Assembly (NCBI GenBank): GCA_036172245.1
Contig: JAYWIR010000001.1
Location: 2,604,001 to 2,668,000, forward strand
Reading direction: 5' to 3'
DNA: 64,000 nt
DNA from: Raillietiella orientalis
Lineage: Eukaryota
This document shows positions 30,701 to 41,400 of this stretch, one piece after another. The first letter of the stretch is position 1; each line of letters opens with the position of its first letter. The notes under the pieces were generated by a model. It saw only the letters and a list, made by a program, of their open reading frames with translations, made no database searches and was not told the origin of the DNA. A program made the position numbers and the translations under genes.

Positions 30701-32982
30701 TTGATAGTCCAAAGAAACATAAGACTCAAGAGAGCACTTTATTCTTATTTTCTGTAAATGATAATTTTTGTGCTTTCCGAAAAACATGCATTTTGCATTT
30801 TGATCATTAAAAGATAAAGAAAAAATAAAAAAGAACATGCTCTCCAGTTATCATGACCAGTTTCCAAAAATATGAAACAAGTTGTAACCAAAATAAGGAC
30901 CATTTTGTGGGAGATGTTCAGCAATGTCAATTTTTTTTTGGCATTAACACACATTGTATACTGTTTTCATAAGTTTCTAGAAACTCAATGCTGAGTCAAT
31001 AAAACCTTTCAGGGAATAGCCCAGCAACTAGCCCACGAGGATATGTCTGCAAATATGTGTTTGGTTATTACTAGCGACAACAACTGTATATGCTAGACAT
31101 TAGTTTCCTCTGCAATGCTTAATATATATTGTTAGCAGATCAAAAGGGAAAAAGGAACCACAACAAGCAACTCTTATGGATGTTCATTGGATTATTATGC
31201 ACAGCAAAAAGTCAAAGAACCTTCAACAAAACATTCGTCAAACAATTCGAGGATAATATCTGAAAACAATTCACTTGTCACTTGTGTGATGTAAAATAAA
31301 AAATCATTCCAGAAAACCACATGCAGCTGGATAAAATAGCTCAGTGTGAGGTTCAGAATTAAAAGTACAAATAACATTTGAAGTGGTTCCAGTTAAAAAG
31401 ATGTAAAAAGATAACTTCCAGCTTAGAAAGAACATAATGCTTGAAAGACGAATAATGAAGACTTTTTTTTCAAGGGAAAGTCTTTTACCAAAACAATGTT
31501 GTAAAAAAAGATCCAAAAATTCGTTTTAAAGGATAACAAACATCACATCATTATGTGTCTTATAATACTTATGTTAGAATCAAAATTTTTATTAGTTTTT
31601 CATATAGAGCCACCAAGCACATATTGAATCCGGTTATCTGAAACAATATTCATCCCCCAAAACCAAGTTCCAATAATATTTTACTACACTGCATGCATTG
31701 AAAGTTCCATAGAATTAACTACCTGGACAAATATCCGAACAAAAGCCATCCGATTCTCTTCAGATGATGATTCCACTGATTCAGAAATTCTGTCTTTCAT
31801 TGAAGGTAGACCAAAAAATAAACACAAGCATTTCACTAATGTAGAGGGAACAGATAAGGATGCCATTTTCTAATGATAATAATAAGAATAATATGAATAA
31901 TTGATTCAATGCTAGTGTAATTTTAATCTATTAATGCTAGTAAATATGAATATTAATGACAAACTCTACATAAATGACAAACTTTACATATGCAAAAAAA
32001 AAACACTTAATAACAAAATATGGCATAAAAATCATACAATCAAAAGCTACGATTACAGTTTATGTAGTTTATCATTAAATATGCCTCAAGCAAGAATGAC
32101 TAAATCAGAAAACTTCATTTTTCCCTACAAAAAACAAGGTTTTCAAGGAAGTGGTCAAGCATATCTACTAAACTTCATCCAGTGTAATTATGTTTGCTAT
32201 ATTTCTTTTACCAAAAACTTATGGATTAATATTTGTATAAATGCAACAAGAAATACCTCTTTTGTGACTACGGATGCATTTAATAACAAAATTGTCTTTA
32301 TTGCAAATCTATACTGAACAAAAATTGCCTCAAAAAACACACAATTGCACGCAAAACAGTAGGAGAGGATATGATTTGATCACATTATTTAGACTGATTA
32401 CTTGATTTGATAATATTATTCACATTTTTTGGTAATGAGATAAATTTTGAAATACATTTGGACAAAAATCATTGAATTTCATATTTTTAGGATTTTTATA
32501 ATACCTCAATAAAAATCAAATCTCCAGCAGCTAATAAATTCAAAGATAACAATAACATCCAACCATTACTTTCATCTTCACACTCTCCAATTTCTAAATA
32601 ATTAATTATTGCCAAACTAGCAGAAGTGGATGAATGATCTGCAGCCCTTGTTCTTATTTCTGAGACTAGAAAGTTTGATGCATGTTCACAAAACATAATG
32701 CTATCAGGGAATTTTTCCAGGATATCTGAAGTAGGACTGCCTCCAAATATCTGTTGCAATCATTTTAAAATGCATTAACAGAGCTCAATTACAACCAACC
32801 TTATTGAATAGTGGTAACATCTGATAAAATTTTTCTTTTTTTAGGAAGTCATCTGCATTCTTTGGTATGCTAGTATATTCACTGAATAATTTTCTCAAGT
32901 GACTGATGCCAACAACATTTTGAAGCACTGAGGTATTTGAATGAAGAACATTTGAGGAAACTAGTCTTCTCATGTAATTCAT
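601..32982 (-). CDS. WDFY3: WD repeat and FYVE domain-containing protein 3 (Alfy/blue cheese ortholog), N-terminal ~2,184 aa in 37 exons; PH-BEACH-WD40-FYVE C-terminus lies outside the window (left)
   Basis: Spliced translation follows WDFY3/Bchs collinearly, e.g. MNYMRRLV..GISHLRKLFSE, EIRTRA..GWMLLLSLNLLA, SVPSTLVKCL, AEELAQKDDL, FRKVGGF, MRFEPGNAKYF, LKSLMRSERNQQIM, GDRTFPPQNGFTYSSWF, IHNSAGHLYGPAR, EGLYAALKALVCV, LNRTILF. All 36 modelled introns are GT-AG with matching phases; exon lengths sum to 6552 nt. Confidence 0.95.
831..986 (-). CDS. WDFY3: WDFY3 exon 36
   Basis: IFKVPF...IQEHALKVWNSFIETE...QLQS. Confidence 0.83.
1357..1492 (-). CDS. WDFY3: WDFY3 exon 35 (alternative in-frame acceptor at 1501)
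   Basis: TLWHVNP...EVLIQKKSLVEE. Confidence 0.82.
1537..1629 (-). CDS. WDFY3: WDFY3 exon 34
   Basis: SIIFSASNQEGEFFICFLYCL; follows a stop-free 42-nt intron. Confidence 0.8.
1672..1873 (-). CDS. WDFY3: WDFY3 exon 33
   Basis: DFIVKLL...HNSLNRTILF. Confidence 0.87.
3781..3976 (-). CDS. WDFY3: WDFY3 exon 32
   Basis: NLFYLVMRIVDKLWQG. Confidence 0.9.
5603..5761 (-). CDS. WDFY3: WDFY3 exon 31
   Basis: VLDFLKIIVVDSLSL...LDIILE. Confidence 0.87.
5818..6019 (-). CDS. WDFY3: WDFY3 exon 30
   Basis: EYSMAILQILLYLYHN...FMSSDIL; donor chosen by phase (ACT|GTAAGC). Confidence 0.83.
6955..7106 (-). CDS. WDFY3: WDFY3 exon 29
   Basis: LDIDSALNFLYG...LCGEAIVSLLSMLRSLL. Confidence 0.88.
7214..7413 (-). 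CDS. WDFY3: WDFY3 exon 28
   Basis: CHIPGF...HIPDIYFILFAIILGQP; follows a 42-nt intron. Confidence 0.9.
7456..7664 (-). CDS. WDFY3: WDFY3 exon 27
   Basis: LGFDWITLFLQSNIHSTTVILALKIL...FQEGSCNGGW. Confidence 0.92.
7722..7904 (-). CDS. WDFY3: WDFY3 exon 26
   Basis: LGYFLITTLP...RNKCL; follows a 49-nt intron. Confidence 0.87.
7954..8189 (-). CDS. WDFY3: WDFY3 exon 25
   Basis: LWKSAPEDLQKKLYAHYFELLTES. Confidence 0.9.
8314..8466 (-). CDS. WDFY3: WDFY3 exon 24
   Basis: NHTLQLLFNLVGTVDSSKE..SIPN..AFNDLL. Confidence 0.92.
8699..8730. repeat. Perfect inverted repeat (13-bp arms, 6-nt loop)
   Basis: taaatctgtatac-tgtatt-gtatacagattta. Confidence 0.85.
9723..9841 (-). CDS. WDFY3: WDFY3 exon 23
   Basis: LIAMVTDTEGLYAALKALVCVIKSN...MERIKGYQ. 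Confidence 0.94.
11120..11303 (-). CDS. WDFY3: WDFY3 exon 22
   Basis: IHNSAGHLYGPARCLGAVIIGYLGVRVFCP. Confidence 0.94.
11365..11510 (-). CDS. WDFY3: WDFY3 exon 21 (acceptor uncertain: 11510 or 11486)
   Basis: LVSEEKIIFGINA...IRKVYSKHDTKAIAKQ. Confidence 0.85.
12000..12105 (-). CDS. WDFY3: WDFY3 exon 20
   Basis: GPCYLIEE...LGTSYLGSFQAP; follows a 50-nt intron. Confidence 0.9.
12156..12278 (-). CDS. WDFY3: WDFY3 exon 19
   Basis: LHYISQNP...YAYIGTPP...LCWKQ. Confidence 0.9.
12332..12381. repeat. Near-perfect inverted repeat (23-bp arms, 4-nt loop)
   Basis: atataaacacagtagataaatat-tctt-atatttatctactgtgcttatat, one mismatch. Confidence 0.9.
13129..13316 (-). CDS. WDFY3: WDFY3 exon 18
   Basis: WHHLVITMNRTVLKNATLQIYIDGQ; AAG acceptor. 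Confidence 0.88.
15388..15603 (-). CDS. WDFY3: WDFY3 exon 17
   Basis: GDRTFPPQNGFTYSSWFCIEKFS...HPIRLLTL. Confidence 0.93.
16636..16685. repeat. Near-perfect inverted repeat (24-bp arms)
   Basis: gaaattgattcaatatggaatgct-ga-agcattccatatggaatcaatttc, one mismatch. Confidence 0.9.
16851..17009 (-). CDS. WDFY3: WDFY3 exon 16
   Basis: PFVEFNMVYEGFGSLYLPNIAP...GGIGS. Confidence 0.92.
18850..18911. repeat. Short tandem duplication (~36-bp period) built of caaactgagaaac units
   Basis: tttcaaactgagaaaca(t/c)gacaaact occurs twice. Confidence 0.8.
19263..19399 (-). CDS. WDFY3: WDFY3 exon 15
   Basis: FLRFGNPLRC...IPLSRIKTLASMAT. Confidence 0.92.
20295..20509 (-). CDS. WDFY3: WDFY3 exon 14
   Basis: LKSLMRSERNQQIM...LERLAAH..EPFDLR. 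Confidence 0.93.
22384..22642 (-). CDS. WDFY3: WDFY3 exon 13
   Basis: ACKVFRLLCDLALDNFD...IIVHPG. Confidence 0.9.
22835..22980 (-). CDS. WDFY3: WDFY3 exon 12
   Basis: MSNFNLCHTLRLFGCFS...; phases match neighbours. Confidence 0.85.
23072..23421 (-). CDS. WDFY3: WDFY3 exon 11
   Basis: HRVRVLFRKVGGF...AMRFEPGNAKYFQQE. Confidence 0.93.
25011..25181 (-). CDS. WDFY3: WDFY3 exon 10
   Basis: LILEMVGILLTGSMANICAFKDIGG; follows a 46-nt intron. Confidence 0.88.
25228..25325 (-). CDS. WDFY3: WDFY3 exon 9
   Basis: SHVIFKEVFKEVGILELL. Confidence 0.88.
26826..26977 (-). CDS. WDFY3: WDFY3 exon 8
   Basis: MKYFEILEFIVFTLKFVPCKELIALS...LKIL; donor AA|GTGAGT. Confidence 0.88.
27362..27564 (-). CDS. WDFY3: WDFY3 exon 7
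   Basis: ASIRNIYSF...ADPANYFII..QHPLSQFAEKI. Confidence 0.92.
29265..29431 (-). CDS. WDFY3: WDFY3 exon 6
   Basis: LQQDSS...YGFTELKP...FILPQP; follows a 43-nt intron. Confidence 0.9.
29475..29661 (-). CDS. WDFY3: WDFY3 exon 5
   Basis: KACLSICIDNM...IEMFVTIFCFLKHSSDVSQLLLEDF. Confidence 0.92.
29898..30090 (-). CDS. WDFY3: WDFY3 exon 4
   Basis: LLIRLCTHSCSAEELAQKDDL...WRKSAAE...KYIH. Confidence 0.92.
30401..30436. repeat. (AT)n/(ATGT)n microsatellite
   Basis: atacatatatatatgtatgtatgtatgtatacatat. Confidence 0.8.
31723..31869 (-). CDS. WDFY3: WDFY3 exon 3
   Basis: KMASLSVPSTLVKCLCLFFGLP...IFVQ. Confidence 0.92.
32505..32750 (-). CDS. WDFY3: WDFY3 exon 2
   Basis: IFGGSP...GWMLLLSLNLLAAGDLIFIE; follows a 49-nt intron. 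Confidence 0.92.
32800..32982 (-). CDS. WDFY3: WDFY3 coding exon 1 (ATG at 32982)
   Basis: MNYMRRLV...YQMLPLFNK; donor AAG|GTTGGT. Confidence 0.9.
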
Positions 32983-35039
32983 TTCATAATGTTATAAATT
33001 AGTTTTAAGTCATATTATTATTACATTTTTTTGCTTTGATTTTAGTTTCAGTATATGTGCTTTTCTTTGAAACACTCATATCTACCTTAATCCACATTAA
33101 TGTAACCTAGAATTTTCTGATATTTTTTTCTAGAAATCAATCACTCGATAAGAAACAATACACTAGCAAATTTTTTCATGTGCAACTACTTATATAATTA
33201 ACTACTCATACAACTTTCCAAATGTACCTAAAACCTGAAAGTCAAAGAAATTTTTGAATTCCCTTTAGAATTAATTGCGTAACTTCATTTTATTTTAATA
33301 TTTGGAATTTCATCTACCACCACCATGAAAGACCAGGGTCTTCTTTGACAAGAAATTGCATCACATAAAACATGATATGTTCGAGACCATACTTCTACCA
33401 TGAAGTTAAATAAGTATAAAAACTAATTAAACATCAATATTTACATTCCAAATTACTGGAAACACTGACACAATAACTGTTCTCCATAAAGTACACCAAG
33501 TACTGATAATAGTTGGTGAATTCATTTTACTTTCTGGAAATTATGAATCAGTAACTGCCATAGACACATGTATAACTATACCCTCTGGCAAGGGTAATCA
33601 GCTTAAATCTATATGATTGCTTGTAACATAAATCATAATCATCGACATTTGGCAAAAAGTTATGTAACAACATCAATTTTTTTTGACATCATTATTAACT
33701 GCAGAATGAAAAATGCACAAACATGAAGCATGTAAAGCATAAAATAAATTTCTTTTACAGAAATGATAACAAATAAATGAGAAGGCTGCTCAATATATTG
33801 AAAGTAATGTATTACACTCCAGAGTTCATCAAATCACTAAGGATGAAGAAGCTGAGTAGTACTTGTTTGTGAGTTTAAACTTTGGAAAACAATCAAAAGA
33901 AACAAACTAACAAATGGGATTCTTGTTGTTCATAAGAACATACTGATGCTTAGTTGACCAAAGACAACTCCTTGCATAAACTCAACATCTTCCAGTTCTG
34001 AATGATGCTTGGAAACATGCTTTATGATGTACTTGTTGCAAAACTCGAGAACAGAAAAATCCATCTACTGTATTCTCCAGAAATCTCAACTGCAAATTAT
34101 GCTTCATTTGTCAGCAAAGTTGAATAATAATTTTGTGTGAACTCGGTTTTTCCTTCATGAGAATATATATTCAGCATTGATATTACAGCATCTAAGGTTT
34201 ACAAAATCCGACCGAATACTCTACTGTATTTTTGTCTTATGAGAAGACTGCTTAATTTATTGAAAGTGACGTATTAAGCTCGATAGTAAACAAAAAACTG
34301 ATGGGCAAAACAATTCATCAAATGACTAGTGATGAATACGCTGATCAATACTTGTTTCTGAGCTTGTACCTTGAAAAGCAACCAAAACAAGTCATGCAGT
34401 TTGGTTGTTCTCACAGGACTTAATGGGAAAGGGGACAGCAAATGGATGTGAAAACATGTCACTTGAAATATCATGCACGTAAAAGGCATATACAACCTGT
34501 CTTTAATCTGGTAGCAAATCATCAGCATTCTACTTTGGATAAACAACAATCGATAAATTCGATTATAGTTTAAATGACTAGAATTCAGTTTTTTTAACAA
34601 AGCTGCTCAGTGCATAAACAAGGAGCAAATCATTACTCAAAAATTTGTCACTTCCAGAGTGAATCTATCCTACTACTACCCAATTCGAAACTTCACTTGC
34701 ACATTTTCTCAAAAAAGACATGACTTACAGAATTCTAGGATAACTCAAGGGATACAATTTAGGGAATACTCTCAATACAAACACTAAGGCTGCTACACAT
34801 TTGTGGATGATGGCGAGCGACATATCTTCGGCAGCAATTCCCTAAATAAGTTCGGTTTGAAAGGAAGATTAGGTTTAATGTCACAGCTACATAAACATAG
34901 TAATACCAATTCTCTTAATTTTATAATCTGAAAAGTTTATTTTGAACTTTCAGTATTTAGGCAAGGGCAAACTTGTAAGCTATTTCCATTTTCTTTTCCC
35001 ACTTTGCTTCCTTTTCTGAGCTAAATTAACAAGCAGCAA

Positions 35040-35480
35040 TCACACGCAATTGCTGTACCTATTTTATTTGGTTGAGGTACTGTTTCAATTCCCTTTTCCC
35101 AGCATTGCTTGCGCTTCTCAAAGTAATCAGTTTCGTAATTGAAAGATCATGCTTAATTGAAAAGTAATGCTAAGTTTTCACGAAAAGACATTCCACCAAA
35201 AAATGCGGTGCTTGATGAAGGTGAAATTTTCAGGCCACGAAAAACAAGAAAAATGAAGTTCATTAAATGTAATTCATTTCGTTTTGAAAACCACAACTTT
35301 ATGCATTATGCTCCACTTTTTTTGAAACTCTCCTTTTGACGATAGTGGAGGCGAGGAAAGGCAAAAGCCTTCCATAAAGTGAGAGTTGACACACGTGCAA
35401 AATAAAAATTTACTTTGTTTATCGTGTTTTTGATTTGTGCATTGTCGATGTTGCTTTGTCGATATCTACAGTAAACTGCC
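35040..35480 (-). promoter_or_regulatory. Putative WDFY3 promoter / first non-coding exon region
   Basis: CpG frequency rises here, ~2.1-2.5 kb upstream of the ATG; a good acceptor (tttctttgactttcag|G) at 33234 suggests a spliced 5' UTR. No TSS is directly visible. Confidence 0.35.
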
Positions 35481-38400
35481 ATAAACTGCCGTCATCATAC
35501 AACATGTGAATGACTGCAGTGGAGGAGATCCAAATGATAATTCAGAGGAAGCAGGCTTGCAAATTCTAATTAACTGTGATGATTTGCGTCTCAGTAAAGA
35601 AGTTGAAATATTCGTTGAAATAAAAAGAATACCACATCATCAAAGCACGACTTCATGTATAAATGAATGAATAAATATATATAAATGAATTCGTCAGATT
35701 GAAATTCTGTGAATTTTGTGGCTGGACTCCCAAAGGAATCGGAAAGTCCAAAAAAGAATTTTCGATTGTACGAATGTACTAAAATATTAGTTGTAACGCA
35801 AATCGACTCATCGCTTTACTTTCTCGTCTTCAAAATGTCAATGGCATTAGAAGTGGAGTATTAAAATTTCCAGATAATCGAATAAATAAGTAATTCGTAA
35901 TATAGGAATTGATTTTCTTATATATTTTATCATGCCTTCTTGCATCCGATAAGCTTTGAAAGTACGATTCGTAGAGCTTCGCGTAGTAAATAAAAATTTT
36001 ATTCCAGATCTGTAAATTCAAAATCCACCAGTATTTTTCACTGCTCTAAAAGAATATTACTATTCTGTGCTATACTGTCACATTATACAAGCCCCCCCCC
36101 CCCGTATAATCTTGTCCGATAGTCCCCCAATAAGATATGTTCGTGTTTTCCTTTCTGTTTAAGTCCATTCCTAAAACTTGAAATATGGCGTTGGAACGTT
36201 CTCTTGCCTCATTTGTAATTATTATGTTTGCACTTGATCTGCGTCTTTAGTAATTTCCGCTTCGCAGAAATTGATCTCCTTTTAAGAAAACTCTTCTGGA
36301 ATGGTCTTCACATCTTCGATAATCTCTTAGTAATGAGAAAACATCCACATTGATATTATTCAATGGATCAAAGAGATGGTAGATTGATCAGGCCGAACCG
36401 GAGTGATGATGGGGATTAAAGGATCCAGTATATTTTTGCAATCCCCTTTCCTTATAAACTGGCGTGTGGACTTGCATTAACGCGAGCGCGCGAGAGACTT
36501 CATCCACTTCGTTCTCTGATTGAAGTCGTTTTAGTATAACTGTGTGCCCTTTGGAGTATTTAGAGTGTGACAACACAGAACCTATTTTTGTTTCTTTCCA
36601 AATAAATCGCTTTTGCATGCTCCAGGCGACTGTTGTCTTAGCTTTGCTTCGTTGAGACGCTGCTTTGGGGTTTCTGCTCGGCTTACTGGCGAGAGGCCAC
36701 TCGATTGATTGTCATTCGCTTAATGGCTCGATGCCATCCCAAAATATTGAGACTGAGATTGGTAGAGACCTTTATTTCCCTTCTCTTGTTGATGGTTCTG
36801 AAGCTTAGTGTTCTCTCTTTCTCGCATACATTTGTCAAGCGCTGTAAACAATGGGTGGAGCACATCAGGAAAGAAATGACGTGTTTCAACATACGCTCCT
36901 TTAAGGAAATCTAATGAAGACACGCTCTCAGTATGGAATCCTACAAGCATATATGCAAAGAAATGAATCCAAGCACCATGTGGTCTAAGACTCCTTCCGC
37001 TACCAGCCAGCACGCTTTAGAACCAATTTGAAGATTCCATTCTACAAGCATACATGCGAAGAAGCAACCCGTATCAGAGCACGTCATCAAAGTGATCATC
37101 TTTACAGAGCAAGACATACCTAGGCGTTCCTCGAGACCGCCCTGTACGCAGTCTGTTGTATATTTTAAAGTCATCGTGTAGGCTAAGCTTTCTAATAGGT
37201 TTCGATAGGGAACGAAGTGTGTAAGCAGATTTTTGTGGTCAGATTAGGCTAAAGTCCTTTCAAATTCACAAACGAGTGGTCACACGGTTCAAGAACAGAG
37301 TACGTATTTCAGCAGATTTGTGGTTGAGAATCATTCGGGTCATTCTTAACTTTGGCAGTGATGAGAAACGTTGATGCAATCGATGCTCTTCAAGAAAGCA
37401 ACTCGACGATGTGATCGCGCATGTGCATGTGTCAGCACGAAAACTTTCAGGTCTTTCTGTTCCTTCACGTAATTGTCTCCTCTTTTCGATGCCTTTCATC
37501 CTATGAGTCGGATGTGGATGGCGGAACATATGCCAATCATAATTTAAAAAAAATTCTTACGCGGATCGGTTTGCGTCTTTCTGTGATATTGAGCTTCTGG
37601 AATCGAAGAATTAAAAAGCATCTTCTGCATCACAAGTATCCAAGGAAGCAGAATGAAAGCATTTCAGCTTCTGTGAACGCATGTTGTGAAACTTGGATTC
37701 TGTTTAATAGAACATGGGCCCAACTTGATCACAGAAGCAGAATTTTCAAAGCAGTTTTGCTTTTTTGAGTTCTCCTCCGTTTAATTGAGTCCATTAATCC
37801 CTAAATTTCCTCTGATATGCAAATGAGAGGAGTTCGATTTTTCATGATTTTTTTCAATCCTCAATCCCTACGTTCTTGTTCTATGCCTAACTGAAGATCC
37901 CTCTTCATCTACGATCGATTTATTTTTATTCTGGTACAGAAATGAGAATCATTTCTCCACGCTCACTTGAATCAGCATCTTATTGCTAATGTCATACCGA
38001 GAAAAGAATGGCACCTTCCCAATCACAAACAATCAAAGCAAACCTCGTATGGTCTGAATTTACCACACAAGATTCACGCCGTGGCCAAGTAGCAGCTTCC
38101 CGTCAAACCAGAGTGGGGCTGAATTTTCCAAGGCTTCTATCAGGTATGCACCTTCTATCAGCGAAAACGACCAACCGTCAACTGATGAGGCGTTTTAGGA
38201 CAAATCCGAAAAAAAAAAAAAAATTCACTGTCGTGTTTTTCTCATCACAACCGAGATGCCATCTTTTGATTGGCGGATGCAGGTCAAAATAAAAGAGGAT
38301 GGGAAGAGAGAGCAAGAAAAGGTGAATGAATTTGGTAAGTTAAGGCGCAGCAGAGATACCTAGATGGATTGATGAATGCGTGGATCATGAAGGGAGGTAC

Positions 38401-41400
38401 AAAAGTGCCCTTCACGAGGGAAAGAAGGCATCCTAAAAGAGAAAGGAGGGAATAGGAAGTGAAAAATTCATAAAAAGTGGATTGCAGGGAGATTGGAAGT
38501 CGCAAGAGAAGAAAACTCTCAATATGTAACAGCAAGCAGAAAGAGCAGGATGGAAAATCAAGTGATAGGAACAGTATCCATAATGGAATATGACCTTTCA
38601 GGTTGATTGACTACATCAGAGTCCCACTGGGACATTGGCGCCACTGGTTTTCTCCAGTGAGAATGAGGCTGTGGAGAGATAAATGAGGTGATGGAAGAGA
38701 AGTAGAAGAAGAAAACACTGGAACAGAACCCATTTTTAAGACTAAAGGAGAGTCGTCTGGAAGGAATTCCATGCTGAAGTATTCAAAAGGTGTTGATGGC
38801 AGAGTCAAAGAGCATGAATCGATCCCAGCAAGTGAAAGTCACAGCATTTTGGAGCTTATGCACCAAGATGGTTGAGGAAAGCTACTTCCAAGATCGAAGA
38901 AAACGACATCCTGGGTGTTCCCTTTCAGCAAAGCTCACGAACACCTGGGGATGCGGCTTAGGATTATCCCCGTCAGAGCCTTCCAAACAATATATCATTG
39001 CAAAAGTAGAACCAAATGGACTACGTGCCGGCCCCATGACAACGCTTCTTCGCAGCGCAGGAGAACCTTCCTCTCATTTGACCTAGTGTGCTACCAGCGG
39101 CTGGGAATGTTCAGCAAGTCGAAGTGAACCGCTACGAACAATGAAATTATTCAGTCAGCAAAGACGTGTCGTCATTTATTAATGGACCGAAAATGGCGGA
39201 AAGAGGATCGTTTTACGCAAAGGAATCAACGGGGCGGCTCGGCCTAGCCAGTCTCCTTGACAAGGCAGGCAACTTCGCTGTCGGTGGTTGGTTTTGAACT
39301 GCGGACCCTTCCGGATATGGCAGTGGAAATTCCCTTCCGAAGAACGTCGAGTTCGTAGGGAAAGCACTGTTAAGAATCTGGCGCATCCGGCGGATCCCAT
39401 GTTCGGAGGGATCGACAGAAAGTGGAACAAATGCAACAGGAATCCGCGAAATGACAGTCTTGGGTGGAGTCGGGGGGTGGGAATTCCCAAGAAGCAGGAG
39501 GAGCACACCAGAAAGAGAAGTACCTTCTCGAAAATACAGCGTTCCCAGGGTGCGCATTGCAAGCTCCAAAGATCCAAGCTTGCCATGAAGGAACATTCAA
39601 AAATCATACGAAGAGTCGAAGAGAAGAGACGAGCGGAGAGAGCGAGACTCCACCCTCGGTTTGCTACATCATCCCGTGTCAAATGTAGTTCCCTGAAGAA
39701 AAGTCTTGAACAAATGGGAAAATAAGTGAAGCACACGAGTGCAAAGTACAAGTGGGAGGATGGTGAACTGAAACCACGTAGCATGGGAAGAGATCCTTCG
39801 CGGAAGTCTGGAGTTGCTGATGTTGCTGACGAAGGAAGGAGGAACGTGAGGAAGGGTAAGGGCGGTTCACGGAGTTTGGAACGGAGGACTTTTTGAAATT
39901 GGTGGAGGGAAGAAAATGCAGGTAAGCAGATGGCGAGAGGAGAAAGAGAAGTGTCGCAAAGGGGAATGTGAAAGTCATGGTGGAGATTAAAGAGTATGGA
40001 AGGATGGAGTGAGAAGTGGCGAAGAAACTGGGTGGATCCTGAAGAAGAAGCCTTGAGAAATCGAAAGTTCACCGTCAAAGGCTACTAGACTTGTCTAGGC
40101 CAAACCTATCTTGAAGCCTCTGGAAGACCTGCAGGAGCTGCAGTGGAAGCATCAGCTCCTGGTCTTCGCATTCACCTCCAGCTCTGCAAGAACTGCGTTG
40201 CAAGAAGCTTCCTCGTATAGCTGCCCGTTTACAGAAGGGCCATCTTGCGCTTTCCAGAGTCTCTTTGATGTGAGGAGCTCCCGTGACAAGACGCTTTCTT
40301 TCCATACATCCCTGTCTTGTCCTTTCTGGACAGAAATTTCAGGGAACGGCACTTGTTGTTGGGGAAAAGATTTCCTATAAACTACCAGAGGGCAAGTTGA
40401 TTAGGACGGCTTCTATTTTTCTCTTTTCCTCGGCGTCTCTGTAACCAGTGATGAGAACGAGCGGTTCTGGGGATCTGATCAGTAATCCCCTTTCTTTCTC
40501 TCTTCAACGTCAGTTCTGCAGACAAAGGAGGTGTAAGAGTCGTAGGTATCAGGGTTCGTCTTTCCCTTGTCAACAGATTTCTTGGTTTGCTTTTTCCCTT
40601 CACAGAATCCCTTCTCCTTGCTTTCCCGTTTCCTGCAGCCAGGAGCACAACGAAAACCTTCCCCATACAGCATACGGTGCACCATTCGTGTTTGCACATT
40701 TGTGTTTATTGTTGCCAATGATTCCACGTCGGGACCCACCATCTTTCCTTTCCTTCCTTTTATACCTCACTCCTATTTCTCGTTTCGCTTCTTGCATTGT
40801 GACCTAAGGGTCTCGCGTACCGCTTCCATGGCTGGCTGGGAAGGAGGCTGGGCTACCTCATCATCGCAGCTTTCGACCCGCATGGAAAAAGGTCCACCAA
40901 GAAGTGGTACTTACGCAGCACTGCGTGCACGGAATGGCAGTGCGAAGAGTCTCGCCATTGTTTAGCCATCCGAAGCATCCTTCCGCATGGTTTCTCCTTT
41001 GAAGCCGGTTGCTGCACCTCTCATGACGACAAGAGACGCCAGAAAGCTCATGATCGAATCACACTGAGATCTGTAGCTTATTGATGGTCGCTGTTTACCA
41101 CTCCTCCCTGCTCCGTAGCAAAAATGTAAACTTTCATCCAAAGGATTAGAAAAAAAGATTTTTCTCTAGGACGTCTGGAAGATTGCCTGGAAGTCTACTG
41201 ATAGCTTCGACCCTGAGAAGGGAGCAGCAGAAGCAACAGCAGCTAGCGGGGACCTCGAAGAGCATGGCAGCCATCTTGCCGTTGGAAAAGAGGGAAGAGC
41301 TTTAAAGGGGATGGATGCGAAGGCATGCCAAGAGCACCTTTTCCCTTTTCCTTTTTGCAAGTATCGGGTTCTGGGTGGTAATTTTGACCCCAAAGTGGAA

